Source: a virus
Lineage: Duplodnaviria; Caudoviricetes
Virus record (IMG/VR): IMGVR_UViG_3300009031_000221
Location: 384,001-448,000 of that record
Strand: one strand, 5' to 3'
DNA length: 64,000 nt
Shown: positions 1 through 9,821 of the stretch, one piece after another
How positions within the stretch are numbered: position 1 is the first letter of the stretch
How the letters are laid out: each line of letters begins with the position of its first letter
Translations under genes and position numbers: made by a program
Notes under the pieces: model-generated
What the model was told of the DNA's origin: nothing
Seen by the model: only the letters and a program-made list of their open reading frames with translations
The model's database searches: none

Positions 1-2
1 CG

Positions 3-221
3 GATCTTGAGGATCTACTAGCATTCGCAAATGCTTTTAATAACCTTGGGGATGCCGTCCAGGATCAATTCCGGGAATTGCTGGAAGGATATACTGGAGG
101 ATTCCTTGCGGACATGGAGTTGAATCCCCATGCCGTAAAGATGATCAAGATGAAGATGGGCAATATGCATGGCGGGATTCGTGCCGCATGTATCGCATGG
201 GAAACTCGTCCAGGCGCTTAG
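3..221 (+). CDS. 3' end of a hypothetical protein truncated by the window edge
   Basis: Open frame DLEDLLAF...WETRPGA ending TAG 219-221; not in ORF track because it has no start. Confidence 0.6.
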   Translation, partial: DLEDLLAFANAFNNLGDAVQDQFRELLEGYTGGFLADMELNPHAVKMIKMKMGNMHGGIRAACIAWETRPGA

Positions 222-1024
222 GGTTCCCAACGTAGACGATACTTCCCGTTCAGGATAGGAACGACCTGCATAGTGATATCATGCGTCCCCTTGGCACGGT
301 GAATCAATCCGAATCCATTTTGCCAGTTGGGACAAGGAGACCCGGGGACAATCCCATCCAAGCGGGCGAGAGTGCCGGGTGACATTGAATGGATGATTTT
401 AGTACCCTCGTATGTGTGAATTGTCCTACTCGCCATCTCTGTCCGGTGAATATGCCCGAAGCACGTATGGAACGGGCGGGATTGCAGCCTAGCCGCAACA
501 GTCTGCCCACCCTGACTGCGTACCAAATCCCCGTGTGTGCATTCGACTCCATTTGCACCCCATAGCCAGTAGGCCGCCCCATAAGGGCCGATGTACTGGA
601 CGTTAACCGCTGGGGCGTCTAATGCCATCAGGGAGGGAATGGATAGAGCGGAATACTTAGAACCTACAGGGGTCAACCCCATAGCCTCAGGTGCCATCGC
701 CATCAAATACTTCTGGATCCGTTGCTCGTGATTACCCTCGAGCCAGATAATGGGAACGGTACGACCTACAATAGCCCGAAGGCGTACCAACCATTCTCGT
801 AGCGTAATCATCGCCAACTGCGTCGTTGCCCTGTCCTCAGGACTGACAAGAAACTTCGTTGACCAGGATGCAAGGTCAAGGTTGTCCCCTAGCATGATAA
901 CTTCGCTCGGCTTGACAGCCCTTGCTGCGTCTAACACTGCCTCCATTGCTGCCGTATCGTGTAGGGGCTCAGAGCCATGAAATCCGACATGAATATCGGG
1001 TACAATTAGTGCGACCTGTCGCAT
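218..1024 (-). CDS. Calcineurin-like metallophosphoesterase
   Basis: Motifs DIHVG, GDNLD, GNHE, HGD, GHIH. Confidence 0.85.
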   Translation of the reverse strand: MRQVALIVPDIHVGFHGSEPLHDTAAMEAVLDAARAVKPSEVIMLGDNLDLASWSTKFLVSPEDRATTQLAMITLREWLVRLRAIVGRTVPIIWLEGNHEQRIQKYLMAMAPEAMGLTPVGSKYSALSIPSLMALDAPAVNVQYIGPYGAAYWLWGANGVECTHGDLVRSQGGQTVAARLQSRPFHTCFGHIHRTEMASRTIHTYEGTKIIHSMSPGTLARLDGIVPGSPCPNWQNGFGLIHRAKGTHDITMQVVPILNGKYRLRWEP

Positions 1025-1077
1025 CCGTTCCGCCTATTAGCCCAAAGTGAAATAGGGCCATATTTGCATATACGTCG

Positions 1078-1105
1078 AACCATACCCATCAAGATGGGTA
1101 TGGTT
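1078..1105. repeat. Perfect 13-bp inverted repeat with 2-nt centre
   Basis: aaccatacccatc-aa-gatgggtatggtt in intergenic DNA. Confidence 0.85.
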
Positions 1106-1135
1106 GCGATTATTGTAGCTGATCGATAGAAACAT

Positions 1136-1160
1136 TTGAACCCTTACGTTAGGGATTCAA
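1136..1160 (-). terminator. Hairpin just downstream of 1163..1582, possible terminator
   Basis: ttgaaccct-tacgtt-aggg(a)ttcaa; no strong U tract. Confidence 0.35.
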
Positions 1161-1162
1161 CA

Positions 1163-1582
1163 CTATTTCAAAGGGGCGCCTGAAGACGGGTTTGCAAGCA
1201 TCCCTTCGTTCAGATTGTTCAAGAAATCCGCAGCCATGTCAATATGCTTTGCTACGGTAAGTTCTCGCAATTCGCGAACTGCGAACATCTGGCAGGCCCG
1301 TAGCAACTGGTAGTACGCTACAATGCCGTCCTCATTATTGTGATTTGCTACAAGGTTACGGGCATGGAGGAGGATAGATGCAGGCGTGCCCATCTCCGTA
1401 GCTGCCTTCTCGAGCAACGGACGGATATGAGGGCGTAGCTCAGGATTCGTTGTCCCAAGCTTGATCAATTCTTCCCGTAGATCACTCGAAGCCCGCTTGC
1501 CCCGAATCAAAGGACGAATGTGGGGACGCAGTTTCGGATGGGTTGTGCCTAATTTGATTAGGTCTTCACGCAAGTCGATCAT
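1163..1582 (-). CDS. Hypothetical protein with two tandem ~26-aa repeats
   Basis: DLREDLIKLGTTHPKLRPHIRPL / DLREELIKLGTTNPELRPHIRPL; AGGAAC RBS. Confidence 0.8.
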   Translation of the reverse strand: MIDLREDLIKLGTTHPKLRPHIRPLIRGKRASSDLREELIKLGTTNPELRPHIRPLLEKAATEMGTPASILLHARNLVANHNNEDGIVAYYQLLRACQMFAVRELRELTVAKHIDMAADFLNNLNEGMLANPSSGAPLK

Positions 1583-1649
1583 GTTAGGTTCCTCGATAAG
1601 TCCTACGGGAGTAGCCCTATAGGGACTCTAACGGGATCCTAATTCCCAT

Positions 1650-2852
1650 CTACCCCTTGGTCAGTGCATTCATGGCAGTGTCACTAAGGAATGTGGTTTC
1701 CGCACCCCAAATGATAACCGCCAGCAATCCGAGGTAGACGATACCCACAATGGCACGATCCCGCTTGGAAATCTCGTAGTAGCTAGGACTAGGGTCACGT
1801 GCTTTCATCTCCATGATGCCCACAATTGCCATGATGGCAAGCAACACGCTATGGAAGTAGATCGTTGCAACCACCCCGAATCCGAATCCGAACTTGATGA
1901 ACCGCTGAGACAATGCCTGCACAATTCGACCCCCGTCCATCGGAAGCATGGGCAACATGTTGAACAGGTTGATCACGAACCCAACGTAGGCAATAGCCTG
2001 GAGCATCGGGGAATGGTAGACCATTGCCAGGATCATCGTGACCAGGGCGCCGACAGTGCCTAGCAGCGGACCACCCAGGCCAACCATAGCTTCCTTCCAC
2101 GATGAAGCGGGCATTTCCTTCAAGTCAATGACGGCACCAACGAAAGGGATGAACATAGGAGCGGAGGCCTTGATCCCCATCCGACGAAGGACATAGACGT
2201 GTCCAAATTCGTGAATTGCCAGGAGGATGACAAACCCCGCAGCGAAGGGCAACCCCCAAGTCCAGGCGTAAACCCCGATCATGAACAACATGGACAGGAC
2301 GAACTTGCCCTTGGCCAGGAGCTTGAGGGCAAGGACTGCCGCCAAGGCAAGGTACTGGTAGCCGGGCATCTTTTTCAGGAGGTCGTGGAACTTCCGAATC
2401 AACCAAGCGAACGGAATGGCGACGACGAAAAGTACGAACATCAAGGGTTGAAGCATCCACTTCTTCATGAACTGGAATGCAGGGCTCAGGAATTTCACTG
2501 CCCTCTTGTAGACAGGTTCTACGACATCAATGGCCTTGACCACCTTCCTGAAGACAGCCCGCTCTAGGCGTTTTTCCCATGGGACGTAATTGTACTCAAG
2601 GTCGATCTCGGCGCCCATGCCCTTGAGGATATCCGCATGCCCGAAACCCCTGGTCTTCAGCCACTTGTCATCCTTGTTGAAACGGGCGTTGACGGTGATA
2701 TCCCACTCAGGGGAATCTAGCAGGATGGCAGCCGCCCGTTCGTAGGCAACATTCGCATCCGTAGCCGCCTTCGCGACAATGCCGCTATCGATGACGGTGC
2801 CCGGAGTTACCGCCTTCAGGTTGGTAAAGAACAATTGCTCAGCGGCGTCCAT
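1650..2852 (-). CDS. Site-2 protease (peptidase M50) with soluble N-terminal extension
   Basis: HEFGH zinc motif, NLFNMLPMLPMDGGRI, multiple TM segments; start moved to ATG 2852 (AAGGAG RBS). Confidence 0.9.
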   Translation of the reverse strand: MDAAEQLFFTNLKAVTPGTVIDSGIVAKAATDANVAYERAAAILLDSPEWDITVNARFNKDDKWLKTRGFGHADILKGMGAEIDLEYNYVPWEKRLERAVFRKVVKAIDVVEPVYKRAVKFLSPAFQFMKKWMLQPLMFVLFVVAIPFAWLIRKFHDLLKKMPGYQYLALAAVLALKLLAKGKFVLSMLFMIGVYAWTWGLPFAAGFVILLAIHEFGHVYVLRRMGIKASAPMFIPFVGAVIDLKEMPASSWKEAMVGLGGPLLGTVGALVTMILAMVYHSPMLQAIAYVGFVINLFNMLPMLPMDGGRIVQALSQRFIKFGFGFGVVATIYFHSVLLAIMAIVGIMEMKARDPSPSYYEISKRDRAIVGIVYLGLLAVIIWGAETTFLSDTAMNALTKG

Positions 2853-3144
2853 GGCGGCTCCTTGTCTGTTTGATTGCGGGCATTTTACCGGTGGCAAGCC
2901 ACCATAGGTAATGTCCCTCACATGGGACATACCCTTTGCCGGTTAGAATTGCATGCGTGTGGCGCGGGTTCAGGGTACTTTGCACACGTCGGGGAAGCCC
3001 TTCAAAGGGCGTGCCCTTCAATTTGGCATCAATGAGGTAGAGGATATTGAACTCAACCCCCATGCCGAAACGAATACCACAACACCACGGGATGCCATGC
3101 TTGCGGCCTTCCTTGGCCCAGTCCATGATGTCCCGAATCTTCAT
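2839..3144 (-). CDS. Hypothetical protein
   Basis: ATGA overlap with the upstream stop at 3141-3144. Confidence 0.6.
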   Translation of the reverse strand: MKIRDIMDWAKEGRKHGIPWCCGIRFGMGVEFNILYLIDAKLKGTPFEGLPRRVQSTLNPRHTHAILTGKGYVPCEGHYLWWLATGKMPAIKQTRSRHGRR

Positions 3145-3605
3145 TTGATTGGCACCCATAGCGTATTGGTGTCGTACTTCAGGGGACTCATGGCATCCCG
3201 CAGATCTTTCGGGGCAGTCTTTCGTTTGCCTCGAAGGTAATTCAGGATGTCACACCGTCCGCCATAGGTAGCCGGAATGGCATGAGCATTAGCTAATTGC
3301 GCCGCCAGGAACCGATGATGTCCGTCGATGATGACAGGAGGCCCGATAGTTTCGTACGTGCAATCGTTGTCCAGTTCGATGGGTTCCATGGGGAGCCCTG
3401 ACCACATGCCCTCAGCCAAGTAATGAATCCGTCCCAGGTGCCAAGCCCTACCATCATCCCCGTAGACCTCCGTCCTCCAATGGGACTGGATCGGGGCTGC
3501 CATTACCTCTTCATCGGTAATCGTGCCCAAGCCTAACCGTTCCGCCGCATCGTAGAACTGAGCCAAGCGGTTGACGATGATGTAGTAGACGGGATCCTTA
3601 GCCAT
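3141..3605 (-). CDS. ParB/Srx-like N-terminal domain protein
   Basis: VIIDGHHRFLAA motif. Confidence 0.7.
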   Translation of the reverse strand: MAKDPVYYIIVNRLAQFYDAAERLGLGTITDEEVMAAPIQSHWRTEVYGDDGRAWHLGRIHYLAEGMWSGLPMEPIELDNDCTYETIGPPVIIDGHHRFLAAQLANAHAIPATYGGRCDILNYLRGKRKTAPKDLRDAMSPLKYDTNTLWVPIK

Positions 3606-3611
3606 GACAAC

Positions 3612-3740
3612 CTACTTGGCGGGGTTGCACATCTTCGTGCAGTCGCATTTGGGTGCCGGGATCTGCATCTCCAGGTACAGGAGCAATATGAACAGCCCAG
3701 TACTGAGTTTGTTGTTTCGAACCCAATTCAAGAACTTCAT
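3612..3740 (-). CDS. 42-aa small membrane/Cys protein (not in ORF track)
   Basis: MKFLNWVRNNKLSTGLFILLLYLEMQIPAPKCDCTKMCNPAK*, GGAG RBS, fills the gap exactly. Confidence 0.6.
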   Translation of the reverse strand: MKFLNWVRNNKLSTGLFILLLYLEMQIPAPKCDCTKMCNPAK

Positions 3741-4269
3741 GATGTTGTACTCCTACCCGTTGATCCAACGGATGTTTTGTTCACGTTCCGCTCGTTCGAC
3801 CTGAGCCTCATCGGCGAGGCGCATTTCCAGGGCACTCGAGAAGCCCTGACGGGTTGCCTTAGCATCCTCGGCATCCATACGGAACTGTTCAGCGATGGTT
3901 TCCGCCGCGCCAACCCAAGCCTTGGGCGAACGATCGCCCACCGGCAACAGGTCGTAGCATGCGGGATTGAAATTGCCCGTGAACCCGTGCCGGAACGCCA
4001 TGGAACGAAAGACCTCAAATGCCTGACGCCACATTTCCAAGGAGTGGCGCTTCATGTCGAACACGGCTTCTTTATCCTCGGGATGTGGCACGCCGATACC
4101 ATGGGTCTTGCAACGATGCCACGTATCGAACGGGGACAGGAGCCAACCGCCACGGCAAGGGCACGTGTCCGGACGAATCTCGTTCCAAGCGCCCGATTCC
4201 AGTTCACGGTAGATGTCAGCGTTCATCGTAGGTTCCTTCGGGGGCGTCGTCTGCGTCCCCCTGTAGTAT

Positions 4270-4296
4270 ATCTACGCTGCTATCGTGGAAAGTAAG
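4270..4296 (-). promoter_or_regulatory. Conserved promoter motif + leader hairpin
   Basis: CTTACTT-N12-GCGTAGAT; loop CAGACGA. Confidence 0.8.
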
Positions 4297-5466
4297 TCCA
4301 GGCTAGCTATTTGCCGTTTCCTTTGCCGGTTCTTTTGGCGAAATCCCGTAGGCGGCATCCAGCATATGGTCACAGAGGGACCGCACCTTCACGTCGAAGG
4401 TGTCATCCCAACCGGACATCGTACGCCCACGTTCAGCGCGTTCCTCGGCAATGAGTACCTTCAGTCGTTCCGCAAGACTCTGAATTTCATCCATTCGGTG
4501 TGCCATGATTCGCTCCTATACCAAGTTCAGCATGAAGGGTGCCTCAACGGGCTGCAGGTAGAAGGCAACCTGCCCTCCGCCAACCGGGATTTCATTCCAC
4601 ATTTCCCAGTCTTCCCATAGGGTCTGGCTGAGGAGTTGTGCGTTATCCAGGGAACCGAATTGCCCTTCCGCATCCAGGTAATCGCCGTTTCGGTCTACGA
4701 CCGCGTAGCGGAGGTTGATGTTCGTGAACAATGTAGACGCATTGGGGCCGGCGGGCTCTTCCTTGCACTCGGGCCAGATCGTGTACATCAGGTCGATGCG
4801 TTGCCCAAGCGTCAGGTAGTTCCATTCCGCACGGGTCTGCGCCCCATCCGGGTTCACGTACTCGCACCACAGGTTCCAATCGTTGGCAATTTGGAGGTTC
4901 ATCGGACGGGATCGCATGGGTGCTCCTTACAGGGTGTTGTAGAACTGGACGGCTCCATCCCAATCATGAGCCTGTGTACTCAGTACCTGATAGATAAGCC
5001 CTTCCGCGTCTGTATTCTTGACCACCCATAGGGAGTTATAGGCGTCAAGGACAAGGAACTTCATCCGTCCACTGGAATTTTGACCGCACGCAGCAACGAT
5101 ATGCTGCTGCGTATGCCAGTTGAAGATGTCATGCGGCTGAAGGACGTGTCGGGTATCGCGGCTCATGGGTGCTCCTTTAGACTTGCCAAGCCGGGGGCTT
5201 GGGCATTGGGGGAGTCGGTTCCGACCACCACCAACCCGCCCAGTCGATTTCGTTGGCCATCTTGACATTGGTCGTCAATTCGCCGTCAACGATCATGACC
5301 ACGATTTCATGTGCCCGAAGGCCGTCCTGGGTAGCGGTCTGGTAGCGACCCGGCTTGGTCGGCATTTCCTTCTGCCAGTGTCCATCCAAGTACTTCTGCC
5401 ACAAATCTTTCAGCGAAGACGATCCCATGTCCGGTTCCTTCAGGCATCGTTCGTGCCCTGTGATTC

Positions 5467-5493
5467 ATCTACGCTGGAAGGATGGAAAGTAAG
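5467..5493 (-). promoter_or_regulatory. Conserved promoter motif + leader hairpin
   Basis: Exact; GGCA-CGAACGA-TGCC. Confidence 0.8.
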
Positions 5494-6141
5494 TCAATGG
5501 TCATTGACCAGGGTTGCTGCCAACCCAATGGCAATCAGGTTGATGGGGTGTACACGATAGGCGTAGTGCGCCGCCCAGGCATGCTCGAACGGGGTTTCGG
5601 GCTTTCCGCCCTCTGGAACCCGTGCTTCCCGAAAGGCTGCTCGTGCCGCCATTTGCATAGTGCGATTCTTCTCGTCGTATCCTGCCAGAAGCATTGCGAC
5701 TTCGATTTCTTCGAGGTCGCGGTCACCAGCGATCCACTTGTCCGCCCAGTTATGCAGGTCTCCATCCGAAACCCCACCGTGGCATGCTTCCTTGGCACAC
5801 AGGATGCCGAACTTCACGCACTGTTCGTTCGTAGGCTTGGCGAACCCGACGATCTCACGGATCAAGGTCAGTTCCGTAGAACCTCCACGATAGCCGTACT
5901 CGATTCGGGTATCCCCGGAAGCTTCCGCCTCAAACATCCGCATGTTGTTCGATTGAACCTGGTGGTGTTCCGCCATCGGGTTCATGAGGAGGGCAAGCAT
6001 CGGGTCAGGATACCAGTGCAACCAACCCGGGCCGCAAAGGTTTCCTTCACCGCTAGTCGTCGCCTTTTCCCCCAAGGTCCATTGGAACTTGTTGCAAGTT
6101 TGCATGTTCTTGTCGGTCAACTTGTAAACTCGCATGCCCAT
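5494..6141 (-). CDS. Phage protein related to the DUF7666-like paralogues at 32760-34072
   Basis: LCGPGWLHWY...MFEAEASG...STELTLIRE, then KFGILCA...WADKWIAGD. Confidence 0.5.
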   Translation of the reverse strand: MGMRVYKLTDKNMQTCNKFQWTLGEKATTSGEGNLCGPGWLHWYPDPMLALLMNPMAEHHQVQSNNMRMFEAEASGDTRIEYGYRGGSTELTLIREIVGFAKPTNEQCVKFGILCAKEACHGGVSDGDLHNWADKWIAGDRDLEEIEVAMLLAGYDEKNRTMQMAARAAFREARVPEGGKPETPFEHAWAAHYAYRVHPINLIAIGLAATLVNDH

Positions 6142-6750
6142 ACCCTTCTAGTAGTTTGCGTTGTGGTAGACGACATTGACGGCATCAGCCACGGTCATGG
6201 CCTCATAGGGACTCACGTAGCCATGGTATTGTTCCTTGACGAGTTGGTTCAACCGATCCGCTTCGATGACGGCTTCCTCACGGGTCGTGGAAATGAAATC
6301 GAAGGACGTATCATCACATTGCATGACGGTGAACAATTCGGAAGCCGATGTCTTCATGGCGCTACTCCTTGGCCCAGGACTCTGCGGGTTCGTCGGACTT
6401 GGGATCGTTTGCCTTCATGGCATCGGGCATCAACGCCTTGATCCTCACGTTCAATGCGTCGCGCCGCCGCAGCAAATCCCGCATCTCTGCGTCGATAATC
6501 AACGAGTCCTTGCGGGCGTAGAACGCATCGGAGAAGTCCTTTCCGAATAGGTCTGCCAAGAAGCCAATGCGTTCCGCTTCGCAACGTTGCTGCGTGTAGG
6601 CGTCGTAGGCAGCAAACTCCCAATTGGTCATTTCCTCCGCTTTGTCGAAGTAGTTGATCCGCAGGCTACCGGCAGATCTTCCTTTCACAATCAGGTCCGC
6701 ATTCTTCATCGTCAGTTCCTATCTAGGGATCATTCGTCCCCACGCGAAGT

Positions 6751-6777
6751 ATCTACGCTGGATTGCCTGAAAGTAAG
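6751..6777 (-). promoter_or_regulatory. Conserved promoter motif + leader hairpin
   Basis: Exact; GGGA-CGAATGA-TCCC. Confidence 0.8.
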
Positions 6778-7955
6778 CTAACCCGACAAAATGGATGTGG
6801 AGGTTCAGACTCCATGTCAAACGGGGTGCTGATGAATGCCCTAAGTGTGTCGAATAATGATGATCCGGTTGATTCCGCCGTCTTAAAAACCAGTTCCCAG
6901 AATTCTACTTCCGGCAAGAATTCATACCGATCCACAGGGCAAAGGTATCGTATGTAAGGAATGCATCGCCCATCATTACGTGCCTCAAAGGCCCATTCAA
7001 TCAGGGTTGCTTTGTTGGCAAATGCGAAGGCTTCCTTCCACCATGGAAAGTAACTATGTTCCCATAGGAAATGCCGCCCTTGGACGGACAATAGTTGGTA
7101 TTTCTCCCAGAGGGTTGTTTGATCCATGACCTTAGACCACAACCACGGTGCGGAACTTCTTTCCCGCTTGAACCAAGGCGAATGCGAATCCTGAACCCTC
7201 CACGGTAACAAGCATGTCCGCTACCTTGGTATCCAGGCTGATATGCCCGACTGGCACACCGTTGATCTTGACTCCAGGCAATCCCTTCTTCGCATCCCCT
7301 CGGGAATCGAACGGGAACACGGCGAGGTTGCTGAACCCGAACTTTTGACCGTTGATGGTCATCGGTGCCTTGTCGATGTCCTGTTTGACTAGGAGATCCG
7401 CCAACGTCATGTCCTCCGCTTCCTTGTCATGGATCCATGCCGCCCCAACCTTCAGCAAGGCTAGGAGGGTATGGATATGCCATGTAGCGGTGGTAGCCAT
7501 GATCTAATAGCACTCCCGAAGTGTTCCGACGGTCTCGCCCGTTTCCTTGTCAACCACCGCCTGATAGTTGCCGTCCGCGTCCCCCGTAGGAACAACGTCC
7601 GCCTTGTCCAGGAGGGCGCTGGCCTCGTCGATACCCAGAGCACGCCGCATGGCCTCCCAGGTGGACTTGCCGCCCGACTGACGGCCATCTTGATGCTTGT
7701 AGACGTACATGGTTCAATTCCCCCGATAGACGGGCAGGTTGTACTCCGCGGCGAATTCCTCGGCTTCCTGCTTCGTGTTGAAGAAGTCTAACCAGAAGTC
7801 CGTGCCATCGACCTGAACGGCCCAACCGGCTTCTCCGTTCTCATCCGTGGGGTAGATGCGAACCATCACATGTTGGTCCATGTAATTCTGGCGCTGTTGC
7901 ATGACTTCAGTGATGCGCATGGAAGTTCCTTTGTAGGGATCCTCGTCCCTACTTT

Positions 7956-7982
7956 ATCTACGCTGCTAGGGACGAAAGTAAG
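7956..7982 (-). promoter_or_regulatory. Conserved promoter motif + leader hairpin
   Basis: Exact; GTAGGGA-CGAGGA-TCCCTAC. Confidence 0.8.
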
Positions 7983-8029
7983 CCTTCGCGGGTAACATAC
8001 GCATCATGCTCCCATAGGAGCAATAACAG

Positions 8030-8266
8030 ATGAGGTTCCCGATGTCCGCATTTCTAACCGCTATCGCAATGACATTGGCTGTTTTCAGCCCCGCCGATTC
8101 AGAATACGTGCCTATGACGTGTACGCAGCGGCATTGTAACATCGACACGAACTGTAGCTTTCGCTACAGCGCTTGGGCATGCATGTGTTGCCATTGCTGG
8201 ACGGATCACTGCGTTCCCGTGTCCCCGTGCCAGCCTGATCAGGGCTCATCTCCCGCATGTGATTAA
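8030..8266 (+). CDS. Small Cys-rich, probably exported protein
   Basis: Hydrophobic N-terminus plus 10 Cys. Confidence 0.45.
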   Translation: MRFPMSAFLTAIAMTLAVFSPADSEYVPMTCTQRHCNIDTNCSFRYSAWACMCCHCWTDHCVPVSPCQPDQGSSPACD

Positions 8267-8334
8267 TAGCTTCTCATGGGTAATGTATGTTACACGTTCC
8301 AATGATGGTGACGTGATACACACAGAGGTTACCT

Positions 8335-8589
8335 ATGGCTATGAATGCTTATGAAATCCGCTATGCGGTATTGTGCGATGCCCGTCAGATGCTTCAGGAT
8401 CAGTGGCACGTTGCCGTTGACTATGCCCAGTCGAAAGGCCCTAGTCGTTTTAGCTCCGGTGGAGTTGAAGCGGAAATTGACGAACCGTTGCCGCCTGCTC
8501 CGACCATTGAAGCTATCATGAAGTTGGCGAACGAAATGTACGATTTCGTACAGCAGTCCGCGCCGCCTCGTGCCCCTGTCAAGGGCTAG
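8335..8589 (+). CDS. Conserved phage hypothetical protein
   Basis: MNAYEIRY...PTIEAIMKLANEMYDFV pattern; GAGGT RBS. Confidence 0.65.
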   Translation: MAMNAYEIRYAVLCDARQMLQDQWHVAVDYAQSKGPSRFSSGGVEAEIDEPLPPAPTIEAIMKLANEMYDFVQQSAPPRAPVKG

Positions 8590-8927
8590 ACTTTGACGGC
8601 GAATGGGTGCGGCGGGTCTAGTGACCGTTCAAATGGTGCGAATGCCATCCTTTTGAACGCATTCAACCTCGATACCTTCCATTCCTTTGCCTTGGCAAAC
8701 ACCATTGCCCATAGTTCATCTTCGGGCATGAGCGTGTATCCATCAAACTGGGGAGGGATGCGTTTAATGTAGATGGGGTCACCCGCATTAAACGCATCCT
8801 CATCCAGGATGGACATGACGACATCCCTTTTGTTCATCCATGGGTACTGCCAAGCGTGCCAGATCTTGTGGCGTCCTGCCTTGGTTCGCATGAATTGAAT
8901 CAGGAATGTGTCAAGTTTGGGACTCAT
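8586..8927 (-). CDS. Hypothetical protein
   Basis: ATGA-coupled to the CPBP gene. Confidence 0.6.
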   Translation of the reverse strand: MSPKLDTFLIQFMRTKAGRHKIWHAWQYPWMNKRDVVMSILDEDAFNAGDPIYIKRIPPQFDGYTLMPEDELWAMVFAKAKEWKVSRLNAFKRMAFAPFERSLDPPHPFAVKV

Positions 8928-9643
8928 GCAAACAATGTCTTGACCAGGGGGCGAACCAAGGCAAGCACCAGCATGTCGTAGGCGAAGTGGACGAAGATGG
9001 CGGCGGGCAGACCATAGGTGAACATGACCCAGAACAGCGCCATGCCGATGAACCAGGAGTTGATGACCCCCAGGATTCCTTGGTACTTGTGCCCGTCACG
9101 GAAGAAGGCGTTCGCAGTCAGCATCGCAGCGCCAACCTGCCAACCAGCCGGATGGAACAGGTAGCCGTGCAGATGCTCCCCGGTCGTCCAGTTCGCCAAC
9201 GGTCCCCACGCATGCATGTGGAACCATTCAGCGATGCCGAAGCCCGCCCACTTGAAGAACAGGAAGTTGCCGAAGACCAAACCACCGATGACACCGTAGA
9301 AGGCGATCCAACGGAAGTAGATCTCCTCGAAGATACCAGCCAGGACGGAAACGATGGTGCCCTGCACGAACATCGACCCCACGGAATCCTCGGCGTCGAA
9401 GATGCGGTTGTAATTTCCCCGCGTGGCGTAGTGCCAGAACGCCCCCAGGAACGCGAGAGTGCCGCCCCAGGCGAAGATAGGCCACACGGACTTGCACCAC
9501 TCGCTGACGGTGCCACGGGAAGTCCACACGCCAAAGACGTGCCATGGAAGAAGTTCCGGCCACCACGTGTGGACGATCAAGATCATGATGGCCGCACCCA
9601 CAACGGTTGGCCCTTTCCAAGATGTGTTCTCGCTATCGCTCAC
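8924..9643 (-). CDS. CPBP family (CAAX/Abi) intramembrane metalloprotease
   Basis: EEIYFR, FxxGH, VHFAYD motifs; GTG start after GGAGGT. Confidence 0.85.
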   Translation of the reverse strand: MSDSENTSWKGPTVVGAAIMILIVHTWWPELLPWHVFGVWTSRGTVSEWCKSVWPIFAWGGTLAFLGAFWHYATRGNYNRIFDAEDSVGSMFVQGTIVSVLAGIFEEIYFRWIAFYGVIGGLVFGNFLFFKWAGFGIAEWFHMHAWGPLANWTTGEHLHGYLFHPAGWQVGAAMLTANAFFRDGHKYQGILGVINSWFIGMALFWVMFTYGLPAAIFVHFAYDMLVLALVRPLVKTLFA

Positions 9644-9681
9644 GGCATACCTCCTTGCCCACACATACGGGGGCTCGGAGC

Positions 9682-9708
9682 ATCTACGCCGATTACGCTA
9701 GAAGTAAG
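9682..9708 (-). promoter_or_regulatory. Conserved promoter motif
   Basis: Exact. Confidence 0.8.
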
Positions 9709-9725
9709 TCACTAAGCGGACTTGA

Positions 9726-9788
9726 TTACCACTCCCCACGCATATAGGACTTCAGGTTCCACTTCTTTCCCGTCACATGGTCATTCAT
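9726..9788 (-). pseudogene. Displaced remnant of a release-factor 3' end
   Basis: MNDHVTGKKWNLKSYMRGEW* aligns without gaps to the RF C-terminus HHVTGKRTTAARYMKG. Confidence 0.65.
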
Positions 9789-9821
9789 GTTTCGGTAATG
9801 TCATTATAGCCGAACGCTAAC

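Larger units (their letters stand above)
3753..7920 (-). other. Run of small ORFan CDSs in promoter cassettes: 3753-4226, 4303-4506, 4516-4917, 4927-5166, 5177-5428, 6148-6357, 6362-6709, 6753-7127, 7132-7500, 7504-7710, 7714-7920
   Basis: Tightly packed same-strand ORFs, most with a visible RBS; no family recognised. Confidence 0.7.

Noticed and set aside
5482-6441. Long opposite-strand ORFs (also 37445-38473, 42798-43622, 62719-63786)
   Set aside because: Shadows of real genes with GC-biased codons; no motifs or RBS, and they span several true genes.
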